64,000 nt of DNA. Origin: Eledone cirrhosa (lineage: Eukaryota). Below, one piece after another: positions 42,190-55,860 of this stretch. The notes beneath the pieces are model-generated. The model was not told where the DNA came from and searched no databases. It saw only the letters and a program-made list of their open reading frames with translations. The stretch is taken from positions 231,198,001-231,262,000 of the forward strand of contig OZ024740.1 of the NCBI GenBank assembly GCA_964016885.1, written 5' to 3'. Each line of letters opens with the position of its first letter. Within the stretch, counting starts at the first letter, position 1. The position numbers were made by a program, and so were the translations under genes.

Positions 42190-44590
42190 CACACTGACAA
42201 TATCCACAATATTGCAGTGGAGAAAACTCTACTCTCTGATCATGACATGGTTCTCTGTGATCTGAGATTCCACCGTCCAATATACAAACCCAATGTTTGA
42301 CGCTATGGATTTCCACAATGCAAACTGGGAAGCGATCAGTCATGATCTTGCACATGTCGACTGGTCCTTCACGCACACTCATACACCCACTAACATCAAA
42401 AAGTCCTGGCAGACATTTGTGGACACTGTTACAAACATATGTGCTAAACACACCCCATTAAGAACTATAAACAAATCTAAGAGCAGAATCCCTAGAAATA
42501 GAAAAACGCTCATCAGAAAAATTAAGAGAACGAACAAAAAAATCAACAATCTGAAATACTGTCAGCAGCAACACATCAACTTGACTGCCATTTCATCACT
42601 AGAGATTAAAAAACATAACCTCCAAAACAACATAATGTCCCTCATCAACAATCAGAGAAGAGCTGAAGAGGCCTGGGCCATTGAGAAGATCAAACTCAAT
42701 CCCAAAGTGTTCTTTTCATTTGCAAAAAAACACAAAATCACTGGCTCTACTGTTGGCCCTCTAATTGATGAAAATGGCACTCTTCAAGACAATGCTAAAA
42801 CCATGGGTGAGATACTGCAGAAACAATACTGCTCTGTTTTCAGCAATCCTGATATGGCCGATCTGGGCTGTATCGGCGATGTTACTCCCCATTACACCTT
42901 ATCGGACATAAAGTTTGGCGCCCCTGATGTCTTGGCGGCAATAAAGGAAATCAAGCATAATTCAGCAGTAGGTCCCGATAGGTTCCCTGCTTGTGTCTTG
43001 AAGGCGTGTCAACACCAACTTGCTTCTCCTCTTGCCAATCTGTGGCGGAACTCACTGGATGCTGGATATGTGCCAGAAAACCTTCTATCCCAGTCTGTTG
43101 TCCCAGTTTTCAAAAAGGGAAACAAATCCCTTGCCGTGAATTACCGTCCAATCTCACTCACCTCTCATATCATTAAGGTATTTGAGCGAGTGGTGAGATC
43201 GCGAATGACCCACTTCCTTGAGAGTAACAATATGCTGAACTCCAACCAGCATGGATTCCGTAATGGAAGGGATTGCCTGACGCAACTACTGCATCACTTT
43301 GATGACATTTTGAGAGCCTTGGGAGAGGGTTCCAACACTGATGTTATCTACCTTGATTTCAGCAAGGCCTTTGACAGGGTTGATCATAACATTCTACTGA
43401 GAAAGCTGTCCAATATTGGTGTCACTGGAAAGCTGCTGCAGTGGATCAAGAGCTTCCTGTCAAACAGAACCCAACATGTTGTAGTTGAGGGAGTCAAATC
43501 AAGCCCAGCCAAAGTCAGTAGTGGAGTCCCACAAGGCACTGTGTTGGGCCCACTTCTCTTCATCATCTATATTAATGACATCACTGACATCATCAAACAC
43601 AGCAACATTAAAATTTTCGCTGATGATTCCAAGCTCCAAAAGGTCATCAATGGCGTGGATGACCGGATAAGCCTTCAGTCAGACCTACTGGCTGTTACCC
43701 AATGGGCAGAAAAGAACAACATGTTACTGAACGAAGACAAATTCGAACTGATCCACTTTGGAAAAGAGGATGCTCTGAAACTCCCGTACTCCCTTCCCTC
43801 CGGGGAAACTCTCGTGGCATCTAACAACATCAGAGACTTGGGAGTAACCGTGGACAGCAACATAAGCTGGACCACGCATATAAGCAGCAAAGTTGACATG
43901 GCCCGCAGAATGTGTTCCTGGATCCTCAGAACCTTCCAGTCGAGAGATTCCCGCACCATTATCCTTCTCTTCTCTACTTTCGCCCGACCACACCTTGAAT
44001 ACTGTTGTCCACTGTGGTCTCCCCACACGAAACAAAGTATCATGAAACTTGAAGCTCCTCAAAGGGCAATCACGAAAAAGATAGATGGCATGTCAGACCT
44101 TGACTACTGGGGTCGATTGGAAAACCTGAAACTTTACTCACTCCAACGTCGCCGTGAGCGTTATATTATCTGCATGATGTGGAAAATGTTCCATCATCAC
44201 TGCCCAAATGATGTTGGCATCGCCTTCAAGATACACCCAAGGCTTGGGCCCCGTGCTATCCGTCCCATTCAAAAATCTAAATCGCAACTCATAACAACAA
44301 TACGGCACAATTATTTCACCTCAATCGGCCCTGCTCTCTTCAACATCACACCAGGACACGTCAAAACAGAAACTGACCACACAAAATTCAAGAAGTCTTT
44401 GGACAAATTCCTCCAAGTAATCCCGGACAAACCACCCACACCCGGATATGTCTCCGCAAACAGTAATTCTCTTCTCGAATGGGCCATGGTGCCCAAATCC
44501 TGAATTGAAAGACTTCGCCAGGTGGTGCTATTAAGTTAGACATGGCCTGGGCCAATACTGGCCAAAACATTTCAAAGTTATTCAAAGTTA
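42190..44590 (+). mobile_element. 5'-truncated CR1-group LINE
   Basis: APE end LSDHDMV, ORF2 with RT, short UTR, tandem tail (ttcaaagtta)x2. Confidence 0.92.
42293..44503 (+). CDS. LINE ORF2 segment (linker, RT and C-terminal domain), 736 aa open; endonuclease missing
   Basis: [61 protein letters not shown]. Confidence 0.88.
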   Translation: MFDAMDFHNANWEAISHDLAHVDWSFTHTHTPTNIKKSWQTFVDTVTNICAKHTPLRTINKSKSRIPRNRKTLIRKIKRTNKKINNLKYCQQQHINLTAISSLEIKKHNLQNNIMSLINNQRRAEEAWAIEKIKLNPKVFFSFAKKHKITGSTVGPLIDENGTLQDNAKTMGEILQKQYCSVFSNPDMADLGCIGDVTPHYTLSDIKFGAPDVLAAIKEIKHNSAVGPDRFPACVLKACQHQLASPLANLWRNSLDAGYVPENLLSQSVVPVFKKGNKSLAVNYRPISLTSHIIKVFERVVRSRMTHFLESNNMLNSNQHGFRNGRDCLTQLLHHFDDILRALGEGSNTDVIYLDFSKAFDRVDHNILLRKLSNIGVTGKLLQWIKSFLSNRTQHVVVEGVKSSPAKVSSGVPQGTVLGPLLFIIYINDITDIIKHSNIKIFADDSKLQKVINGVDDRISLQSDLLAVTQWAEKNNMLLNEDKFELIHFGKEDALKLPYSLPSGETLVASNNIRDLGVTVDSNISWTTHISSKVDMARRMCSWILRTFQSRDSRTIILLFSTFARPHLEYCCPLWSPHTKQSIMKLEAPQRAITKKIDGMSDLDYWGRLENLKLYSLQRRRERYIICMMWKMFHHHCPNDVGIAFKIHPRLGPRAIRPIQKSKSQLITTIRHNYFTSIGPALFNITPGHVKTETDHTKFKKSLDKFLQVIPDKPPTPGYVSANSNSLLEWAMVPKS

Positions 44591-44860
44591 TATATATATA
44601 TGTATGTATATATATATATGTATATATATATATGTATGTATATATATATATGTATATATATATGTATGTATATATATATATGTATGTATATATATATATG
44701 TATATATATATGTATGTATATATATATGTATGTATATATATATGTATGTATATATATATGTATGTATATATGTATGTATATATATATGTATGTATATATG
44801 TATGTATGTATATATATATATGTATATATATATATGTATATATATATGTATATATATATG

Positions 44861-44939
<79 letters not shown>

Positions 44940-44958
44940 GTATATATATATATGTATG

Positions 44959-44992
<34 letters not shown>

Positions 44993-45086
44993 TATGTATG
45001 TATATATATATATGTATATATGTATGTATATATATGTATGTATGTATATATATATATGTATGTATATGTATGTATATATATGTATG

Positions 45087-45120
<34 letters not shown>

Positions 45121-45156
45121 TATGTATGTATATATATATATGTATATATATACATG

Positions 45157-45187
<31 letters not shown>

Positions 45188-45360
45188 GTATATATATATA
45201 TGTATATATATATATGTATATATATATGTATATATATATATGTATATATATATATGTATATATATATATGTATGTATATATATGTATATATATATATGTA
45301 TATATATATATATGTATATATATATATGTATATATATATATATGTATATATATATGTATG

Positions 45361-45391
<31 letters not shown>

Positions 45392-45528
45392 GTATATATA
45401 TGTATATATATATATGTATATATATGTATATATATATATATGTATATATATATGTATGTATATATATATATGTATATATATATATGTATATATATATATG
45501 TATATATATATGTATGTATATATATATA
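44591..45528. repeat. Degenerate (TA)n/TATG array
   Basis: GT-type interruptions. Confidence 0.95.
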
Positions 45529-45529
45529 G

Positions 45530-46900
45530 TATATAAGGGAGAGGATTAGGAGTGTGTAACACTCCACTTATCCAATAGGCAGTATAAGGTTAGCTCGATG
45601 TCTGAGAGCCGTAATATAAATAACAGAGCCGTAATATAAATAACAACAAAGAACGCTTAGAGCATAGGTATATCTTTACTTGCTAACAGTGTTTCGTCCA
45701 CACTATAAGTGGGACTCATCAGAGCATAAAGAGTGATTACATATTACACAAGCAATAACAAAGCCAAGACAGAAGAATATATATGGGGATGCCATAAGTT
45801 GGGGGGAGTTTAAAGAGTAGAGTAAATAGAGTGTAGAAAATAAAGTTGGAGGATAAAGAATAGTGAAAAGTAAAAAATAAACATTGAAGAAATAAAAAAT
45901 AAACATTGAAAAATAAGCATTGAAAAATAAGAGGTGCTATCAGTCACAGTTGGGCAGGGTGCTGTTAACATACAGTTACATACAAGCATACGCATAAGCA
46001 TGAGCACCCGCATGCAACCACACAACAGGCAGCCATATGCAACACATATAGTATAGACTAATACAAATAACATATCATGGACGAGTATGCAAAAGCTAAG
46101 AGATGAATGGTGGATATACAATGGGTAAAAATACAATGGGTAAAAGTAAGATAAACAAAGGATAAAAATAGATTAACCATAGATAAAAAATAGATTAACC
46201 ATGGATAAGAGATAGAGAATAGATAAGGAATAGACAAGAATAGATAAGATAGATAAGAGTAGATAAAAATAGATAAAAAATAGACAAATAATATATATAA
46301 AAAATATAAAAAATATATATATAAAATATACAGATAATAGAGATAAAGGGTAAAGAATAAAATAAAATAAAATTATATAAAATAAAATACAATGAAATAA
46401 AATAGAATAAAGTAAAGTGAGATAAGATATATATTTTTTGAATATATTTCTTGAATATATCAGGGGCACACGAACGCCTTAAGTGTTACAGTTAGCCATA
46501 TCACAACAATCAACTGTTCAAATGAGATTTATAATCAACAGGTGCTATGTCCACACTCGATTGAGTTGACCATTGCAATGCAATGGAGACATCCCAGGTT
46601 GGGCAGTCACAGAAGGTCACACTCGAAAGTCACGGGTGTGCATTCACACAGTTGAGCGGTGGGGCAATCACAAAAGGTTCACACTCGGGCAGGAATCTAT
46701 TGGTCAACAGAGGTATATCCACATCACTAGCAAGGACGTATGCAAGGAAGGTAGGTAAATTCACATGCAGCAGCAGGAACATCCATGGGCAGATAACTGA
46801 GTGTCACAACGTCACAAGGTAGCAAGCAAAATTCGTTTACATCAACATGAACATCAAGAGGCAGATAAGTGGGCCGAAAGCAAGCAAATACAGTTGGGTT
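45530..46900 (-). mobile_element. Probable PLE non-coding 3' region (family P4)
   Basis: TA-flanked, T-rich on the - strand, canonical hammerhead near its 3' end; no recognisable ORF. Confidence 0.6.
45681..45726 (-). ncRNA. Type-I hammerhead ribozyme
   Basis: Reverse complement: tgct-CTGATGA-gtcccacttatagtgtggac-GAA-aca c tgt-t-agca. Confidence 0.88.
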
Positions 46901-47035
46901 ATATATATATATATATGTATATATATATGTTGGGTTATATATATATATGTATATATATATGTATATATATATGTATGTATATATATATATGTATATATAT
47001 ATGTATATATATATATGTATATATATATATGTATG

Positions 47036-47068
<33 letters not shown>

Positions 47069-47462
47069 ATATATATATGTATATATATATGTATGTATAT
47101 ATATATATGTATATATATATGTATGTATATATATATATGTATGTATATATATATGTATGTATATATATATATGTATGTATATATATATGTGTATATATAT
47201 ATATATATATATGAATATATGTATGTATATATGTGTATATATATATATATATATATGAATATATGTATGTATATATGTATGTATATATGTATGTATATAT
47301 ATATGTATGTATATATATATGTATGTATATATATATGTATGTATGTATATATATATGTATATATATATGTATGTGTATATATATATGTATATATGTATGT
47401 ATATATATATGTATATATGTATGTATATATATATGTATATATATATGTATGTATATATGTAT

Positions 47463-48072
47463 GTCAGGTCACCAGTTGGTGCTACTGGTAACATGTATCC
47501 CAGTACAACCTGTCTCATGGTCGGGTCGTTGGCGACTAAACTGGCAACCCCACCAAGGTTTCTTGGTGAGGAGGGTGACTTTGGACATCCTGCAGGACTA
47601 AAAACAAAACCTGTCAAAGGGCAAAGGAGCTCTTAAGAGTCAATGGCCATCCAAAATCACCGGGAGAGATGACCCCTTAGCCTTTGTCAAGGCAGAATTC
47701 TAGGAGAAGGAAAACTCTGATATAACACCTGCAACTCTGATGGTATCCAATGATGTTGACTTGTTCTTCTTTTTGGTAAATATCATCTTGGTTAAGAGAG
47801 TGGGACTGGCTTTGTGCAGTGCCTTTGCTCACTATAAAAGCTTCACGGCACAGGCATTGCTTTATATCTGGAGATCTCTCTGCACTTGTCGTGACATGGT
47901 ACCATGGGCCCAGCACTATGTGTCAATAATTGTCACAAGTGTAGTGTTTGTACCCGAGTTTTCAAGTCGCTGGCTGGACTGAAAAGTCACACCCGTTTAG
48001 CGCATCAGTAGGGGTTCTCCTACATGGATATAAGGTAGTGGCCGTACTCGAAAACGAGTTGGCAGCCACCAT
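47463..48072 (+). mobile_element. Non-autonomous bipartite RTE derivative (5' leader, middle, 3' end)
   Basis: Second copy at 54000-54562. The 3' part encodes a C2H2 finger then ends in the hairpin ctcgaaaacgag. Confidence 0.65.
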
Positions 48073-48149
48073 ATATGTATGTATATATATATGTATGTAT
48101 ATATATGTATAATTATATATATGTATATATATGTATAATTATATATATG

Positions 48150-48180
<31 letters not shown>

Positions 48181-48285
48181 GTATAATTATATATATGTAT
48201 AATTATATATATGTATATATATGTATAATTATATATATGTATATATATGTATAATTATATATATATATATATGTATATATATGTA

Positions 48286-48322
<37 letters not shown>

Positions 48323-48505
48323 AATTATATATATGTATATATATATATAGATATATGTATATATATGTATAATTATATATATGTATATATGTATATATAT
48401 GTATAATTATATATATGTATATATATGTATATATATGTATAATTATATATATGTATATATATGTATATATATGTATAATTATATATATGTATAATTATAT
48501 ATATG

Positions 48506-48537
<32 letters not shown>

Positions 48538-48581
48538 TGTATATATATGTATAATTATATATATGTATAATTATATATATG

Positions 48582-48612
<31 letters not shown>

Positions 48613-48623
48613 GTATAATTATA

Positions 48624-48668
<45 letters not shown>

Positions 48669-48751
48669 GTATAATTATATATATGTATATATATATATAT
48701 AATTATATATATGTATATATATATATATATGTATATATATGTATAATTATA

Positions 48752-48794
<43 letters not shown>

Positions 48795-49037
48795 GTATAA
48801 TTATATATATGTATATATATATATATGTATATATATGTATAATTATATATATGTATAATTATATATATGTATAATTATATATATGTATAATTATATATAT
48901 GTATATATATATATATATATGTATATATATGTATATATATATATATATATGTATATATATGTATATTATATATATGTATATATATATATATATATGTATA
49001 TATATGTATAATTATATATATGTATATTATATATATG

Positions 49038-49068
<31 letters not shown>

Positions 49069-49289
49069 GTATAATTATATATATGTATATATATGTATAA
49101 TTATATATATGTATATATATGTATAATTATATATATGTATATATATGTATAATTATATATATGTATATATATGTATAATTATATATATGTATATATATGT
49201 ATAATTATATATATGTATATATATGTATAATTATATATATGTATATATATGTATAATTATATATATATGTATATATATGTATAATTATA

Positions 49290-49338
<49 letters not shown>

Positions 49339-49417
49339 GTATAATTATATATATATGTATATATATGTATATATATGTATAATTATATATATATGTATAT
49401 ATATGTATATATATGTA

Positions 49418-49458
<41 letters not shown>

Positions 49459-49545
49459 GTATAATTATATATATGTATATATATGTATAATTATATATAT
49501 GTGTATAATTATATATATGTATATATATGTATAATTATATATATG

Positions 49546-49578
<33 letters not shown>

Positions 49579-49637
49579 GTATAATTATATATATGTATAT
49601 ATATGTATATATATATGTGTATATATGTATAATTATA

Positions 49638-49671
<34 letters not shown>

Positions 49672-49717
49672 TATATATGTATAATTATATATATGTATAT
49701 GTATAATTATATATATG

Positions 49718-49748
<31 letters not shown>

Positions 49749-49791
49749 GTATAATTATATATATGTATATATATGTATAATTATATATATG

Positions 49792-49822
<31 letters not shown>

Positions 49823-49865
49823 GTATAATTATATATATGTATATATATGTATAATTATATATATG

Positions 49866-49896
<31 letters not shown>

Positions 49897-50235
49897 GTAT
49901 AATTATATATATGTATATATATGTATAATTATATATATGTATATATATATATATGTATATATATATGTATATATATATGTATATATATGTATATATATAT
50001 GTATATATATGTATATATATATGTATATATATGTATAATTATATATATGTATAATTATATATATGTATATATATGTATGTATATGTATATGTATATATAT
50101 ATGTATATGTATATATATATGTATGTATATGTATATGTATATATATATATATGTATATATATGTATAATTATATATATGTATATATATGTATAATTATAT
50201 ATATGTATAATTATATATATGTATATATATGTATG

Positions 50236-50276
<41 letters not shown>
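48073..50276. repeat. 2.2-kb (TA)n array with a recurrent GTATAATTATAT motif
   Basis: Dozens of tataatta interruptions. Confidence 0.95.
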
Positions 50277-50280
<4 letters not shown>

Positions 50281-50711
50281 CAGGAAAGAAGGTTTACATG
50301 GTTTGCTATACAAAAAAGTTTTTAATCACATAGCTTACATTTGTTTCACTGAACTCAGATCTTCGGAGCATTCTCGCATGCTCCGAAGATCTGACTGGTT
50401 ATAATTCTGTATTGGCGATCGAGTAACGCAAAATTAAGTGGATTGCGATCTCTAGACATACCAGTTCAGTGAAACAAATGTAAGCTATGTGATTAAAAAC
50501 TTTTTTGTATAGCAAACCATGTAAACCTTCTTTCCTGATTTATTATTACTCCAAGTGTTTACAACATAGGAATTACAGCATACCCGCAGCATCACTATGA
50601 AAACGCCTTGTTGAGTCAAACCAAGCCAAGTGTTAATATCATCCACTACCTGGAATACCATAACTGGACTTCACCTAAGTGGACTGCATTTAACTATTAT
50701 TTGTTAATCCG
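50277..50711 (+). mobile_element. PLE terminal fragment with 5' inversion (family P5)
   Basis: 50277-50371 is the inverse of 50378-50394 plus 50464-50541; hammerhead variant in both arms. Confidence 0.75.
50380..50485 (+). ncRNA. Type-I hammerhead variant (core CCGAAGA) with a long stem II; short form on the - strand at 50333-50369
   Basis: gct-CCGAAGA-t-ctgactgg..ccagttcag-t-GAA-aca aa tgt-a-agc. Confidence 0.7.
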
Positions 50712-50734
50712 TATATATATATATATATATATAT

Positions 50735-51293
50735 GGTAAATATCTTTAAGTCGTTTGGAAGCCTCGACAATGCAGATGGGTAAATCTCCGGGTAACAAGA
50801 TCCGGTGGTGGAGAGAGAGATGTAAGTGGGTGTACGTTGAGATGCATGGCGTGTATAAGACTGTAGCGTGTAGAGGAATGAAGCAAAGAGCGTAAAGGAT
50901 AAAAATAAAAATAACAACACGAGAAAGAGTTACCTTGGTAGAGATTTAATTGTCCCTATATATTTCGGTTTCACATCCATCAATTGGGAGTTTTTTCCGG
51001 TGGGGTTGATGGATGTGAATCCGAAATATATAGGGACAATTAAATCTCTCCAAAGGTAATTCTTTCTCGTGTTGTTATTTTTATTTTTATCCTTTACGCT
51101 CTTTGCTTCATTCCTCTACACGTTAGTCTTATACACGCCATGCATCTCAACGTACACCCACTTACATCTCTCTCTCCACCACCGGATCTTGTTACCCAGA
51201 GATTTACCCATCTGCATTGTCGAGGCAACCAAACAACTTAAAGAAATTTACCTTATTATTTCACAATGCTTCAAGCAAACTTCAATACTCTCT
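50735..51293. mobile_element. Family P1 PLE-like terminal repeat as an inverted pair
   Basis: 50735-50984 is the inverse of about 51006-51252; gttgat-ggat gtga atcc-gaaatatata-ggga motif at the junction. Confidence 0.7.
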
Positions 51294-51398
51294 TATATAT
51301 ATATGTATGTATATATATATGTATGTATATATATATGTATGTATATATATATGTATGTATGTATATATATATATGTATGTATATATATATATATATAT

Positions 51399-51883
51399 AT
51401 CATCATCATCATCATCATCATCAACGTTTAACGTCCGTGTTCCACGCTTGCATGGGTTTGGACGGGGGTAGTCCCACTTGAGGCAAGAGTGATTGTCTTG
51501 CTCGCATAGGACTGTCTGGCAGGTTTTCTACAGTTGGATGCCCTTCCTAACACCAACCACATTTACAGTGTGGGTCTGGGAGGTTTTTACCGTGTTGCCT
51601 ACACGGCCACATTACAGCGTGGACTGTGTGTTTTTTTGTCGTGACACCTACACGATCTCATTTGTTTCGGCCTCGATGGCGCGGCACCAACATAACTTTA
51701 CATAGAACAGGGTGGTGTGGATGGGGTGGGGGTGGTGGTGGTGGGACGGGGTGTATTTGTTAGAGATGCCTACTGGCTGGAGTAGGTTTTACTATATATT
51801 TAGGTAAGGCGGGTCTTCTCTGTTACTGAGTACCGCCAAAGGTCTCGGTCCAGTGACATTGTCTTGGAGAGGTGTAAGTGTGT
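51399..51883 (-). mobile_element. RTE-B 3' fragment
   Basis: Near identical to 20724-21202. Confidence 0.92.
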
Positions 51884-51886
51884 AAG

Positions 51887-51920
<34 letters not shown>

Positions 51921-51933
51921 ATATATATATGTA

Positions 51934-52297
51934 TCTAACAAAATACCCCCCCCCCCCCCCGTCCCACCACCCCCAACCCATCCACGCCACCCCGTTCTAT
52001 GTAAAGTTGTGTTGGTGCCACACCATCCAGGCCGAAACAAATGAGATCGTGTAGGTGTCACGACAAAAAAACACACAGTCCACGCTGTAATGTGGCCGTG
52101 TAGGCAACACGGTAAAAACCTCCCAGACCCACACTGTAAATGTGATTGGTGTTAGGAAGGGCATCCAACTGTAGAAAACCTGCCAGACACTCCTATGCGA
52201 GCAAGACAATCACTCTTGCCTCAAGTGGGACTACCCCCGTCCAAACCCATGCAAGCGTGGAACACGGACGTTAAACGGTGATGATGATGATGATGAT
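51934..52297 (+). mobile_element. RTE-B 3'UTR-only copy, inverted relative to 51399
   Basis: UTR homology and (GAT)n tail. Confidence 0.9.
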
Positions 52298-52394
52298 ATA
52301 TATGTATATTTATTATATATTATATATTATGTATATATATATATATGTATATATATATATAGTGTATATATATATGTATATTATATTATATATG

Positions 52395-52491
<97 letters not shown>

Positions 52492-52507
52492 GTTATATAT
52501 ATATATG

Positions 52508-52547
<40 letters not shown>

Positions 52548-52637
52548 GTATATATATATATTTAATATATATATATGTATATATATATATGTATAGTATA
52601 TATATGTATATATATATATGTAGTATATATATATATG

Positions 52638-52668
<31 letters not shown>

Positions 52669-53044
52669 GTATATATATTATGTATATATATATGTATATA
52701 TAAATGTATATATATATATGTATATATATATGTATATGTATATATATATATGTATATATATTTATATGTATATATATATATGTATATATATATGTATATA
52801 TATATGTATATATATGTATATATATATGTATATATATATGTATATATATATATATGTATATATATATGTATATATATATATATATGTATATATATATGTA
52901 TATATATATATATGTATATATATATGTATATATATATATATATGTATATATATATGTATATATATATATATGTATATATATATGTATATATATATGTATA
53001 TATATATGTATATATATATGTATATATATATGTATATATATATG

Positions 53045-53075
<31 letters not shown>

Positions 53076-53106
53076 GTATATATATATATATATGTATATA
53101 TATATG

Positions 53107-53156
<50 letters not shown>

Positions 53157-53999
53157 TGTATATGTATTAATATATATATATATATATATATGTATATTAT
53201 ATATATGTATATATGTGTGTATATATATGTCTGTGTATATATATGTGTATATATATATGTCTGTGTATATATATATGTGTATATATATGTCTGTGTATAT
53301 ATATATGTGTATATATTTATATATATGTGTATATATATGTGTATATATATATATATATGTGTATATAATATATGTATATATATATATGTGTGTGTATATG
53401 TATATATATATATGTGTGTGTATATATATATATGTGTGTGTATAGATATATTGTGTGTGTGTGTGTGTATATATATGTGTGTGTATATATATATATGTGT
53501 GTGTATAGATATATGTGTGTGTATATAGATATATATATGTATATATATATGTGGTGTGTGTATATATGTGTGTATATATATATATGTGTATATATATGTG
53601 TGTATATATATATATATATGTGTGTATATATATGTGTGTGTATATATATATATATATGTGTGTATATATATGTGTGTGTATATATATATATGTGGTGGTG
53701 TATATATATGTGTATATATATATATGTCTGTGTATATATATATGTGTATATATATATATATATAATGTGTTATATAGATATGTATATATATATATGTGTG
53801 TGTATATATATATGTGTGTGTATTATATATGTGTGTGTGTATATATATATGTGTGTGTATATATATATGTGTGTATATATATGTATATATATATATGTGT
53901 GTATATATATATATGTATATATATATAATGTGTGTATATATATATGTATATATATATATATGTGTGTATATATATATATGTACAATATATATGTATATA
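52298..53999. repeat. Degenerate (TA)n/(TG)n array
   Basis: GT-type, increasingly TG-rich towards the right. Confidence 0.95.
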
Positions 54000-54562
54000 T
54001 ACAACCTGTCTCATGGTCGGGTCGTTGGCGACTAAACTGGCAACCCCACCAAGGTTCCTTGGTGAGGAGGGTGACTTTGGACATCCTGCAGGACTAAAAA
54101 CAAAACCTGTCAAAGGGCTAAGGAGCTCTTAAGAGTCAATGGCCATCCAAAATCACTGGGAGAGATGACCCCTTAGCCTTTGTCAAGGCAGAATTCTAGG
54201 AGGAAAACTCTGATATAACACCTGCAACCCTGATGGTATCCAATGATGTTGACTTGTTCTTCTTTTTGGTAAATATCATCTTGGTTAAGAGAGTGGGACT
54301 GGCTTTGTGCAGTGCCTTTGCTCACTATAAAAGCTTCACGGCACAGGCATTGCTTTATATCTGGAGATCTCTCTGCACTTGTCGTCACATGGTACCAAGG
54401 GCAAAGCGCTGTGTCAATAATTGTCACAAGTGTAGTGTTTGTACCAGAGTTTTCAAGTCGCTGGCTGGACTAAAAAGTCACACTCGTTCAGCGCATCGGT
54501 AGGGGTTCTTCTACAGGGATATAAAGTAGTGGCCATACTCGAAAACGAGTTGGCAGCCACCA
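54000..54562 (+). mobile_element. Second copy of the bipartite RTE derivative (about 40 bp shorter at the 5' end)
   Basis: Colinear with 47505-48072; ORF 54233-54502 ends [23 protein letters not shown]. Confidence 0.65.
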
Positions 54563-54745
54563 TATATATATATATATATGTGTGTGTGTGTATATATATA
54601 TATATGTGTATATATATATATATATGTGTGTGTATATATATATGTATATATATATATATGTGTGTGTGTATATATATATATGTATATATATATATATGTG
54701 TATATATATATGTGTATATATAGATATGTATATATATGTATATTG

Positions 54746-54796
54746 GCCGTCTAACCCATGCTAGCATGGAAGAACGGATGTAAAACAGTGAAGATG

Positions 54797-54834
<38 letters not shown>

Positions 54835-55378
54835 TCATCATCATCATCATCACCGTTTTACGTCCGTTCTTCCACGCTAGCATGGGTTAGATGGGTTGTC
54901 CTGTTGTGGGCAGTGTCTGGTCGGCTGACCATGTCTTGCTCATACAGGAACTGATTTGGCTTGATTTCTACAGCTGGATGCCCTTCCTAACACCAACCTC
55001 ATTTACAGTGAGTGCTGGGTGCTTTTTCGTGGCGCCTACACATCCACTTTACAGTGTGGGCTGGGTGCTTTTTTGCCGTGGCACCTCCACGACCACCTTA
55101 CAGTGGGGGGTGTGGGGGAATATTGTCTATATGCTTCAGCTTGTACCCATGGGAGGTCGGGTACTTTGTATTACTGCATGACGCCAGAGGTCACGGTCAT
55201 CTTTGAGAGGTGTAATTGGGTAAGGTCGGCTTTTATCACCGCATCCCTGGTCATCTTGGGTCTCCCCACTCCGCGGTTTCCATCGATTTCTAGTGCTCTG
55301 CACCTTTTTATGCAGCTGTCATCCTTCATACGCATCACATGTCCATACCAACGCAACCGCCTCTCCTGCACGCAACAT
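54746..55378 (-). mobile_element. RTE-A 3' fragment (54831-55378, -) tail to tail with a tail-only + copy (54746-54799)
   Basis: QERRLRWYGHVMRM..; the UTR is the inverse of 1254-1545. Confidence 0.9.
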
Positions 55379-55479
55379 ATATATATGTATATCTATACAT
55401 ATTTATTTATTCGTGAGTGAATAATAATAATATTATAATATCATAATTTTATTAGTATTCAGTGTGCTTGTGTATGGTT

Positions 55480-55860
55480 GATGTTATTCCATTCATGTTT
55501 TCTCTTCAGCCTAGGTTTTCTTAATTCTATATCTGTAGCCTCCCTAATTTGTTTGATTGTGGAGTCATTCATCTATTTAGACATTGTTTTAATTTCTATG
55601 TTGTCTATACTACCATCATGTCTTAGTCTGGCATGTTCATATCGTACTGAACTGTCTTTTTGTCCTTTTAGTTCACTCCAGTGTTCACTAATCTCTCTCC
55701 TATGCTACGGGCTCTCTCTCTTATGTATGTTGTTATCATGTTTCTGCAGCCACCCTCTGTGCATCGTATGCTATAGACTACATTTCTAATTTTACAATTT
55801 ATTTCTGGATCTACTCTACATATTACACATTTCTTATTAGTACAGCAGGTTTTCTTATAT
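55480..55860 (-). pseudogene. Degenerate PLE Cys-rich linker plus GIY-YIG
   Basis: Reverse translation CCTNKKCVIC..CKLENVVYSIRCTEGGC..YIRERARSIGER..EH..KQIREA..HEWNN; homologous to about 8920-9230. Confidence 0.78.

Noticed and set aside
35942-47463. Rule that array polarity follows the orientation of the adjacent element
   Set aside because: It fits several cases but fails for the + strand CR1 (42190) and the bipartite element (47463); polarity is domain-wide instead.
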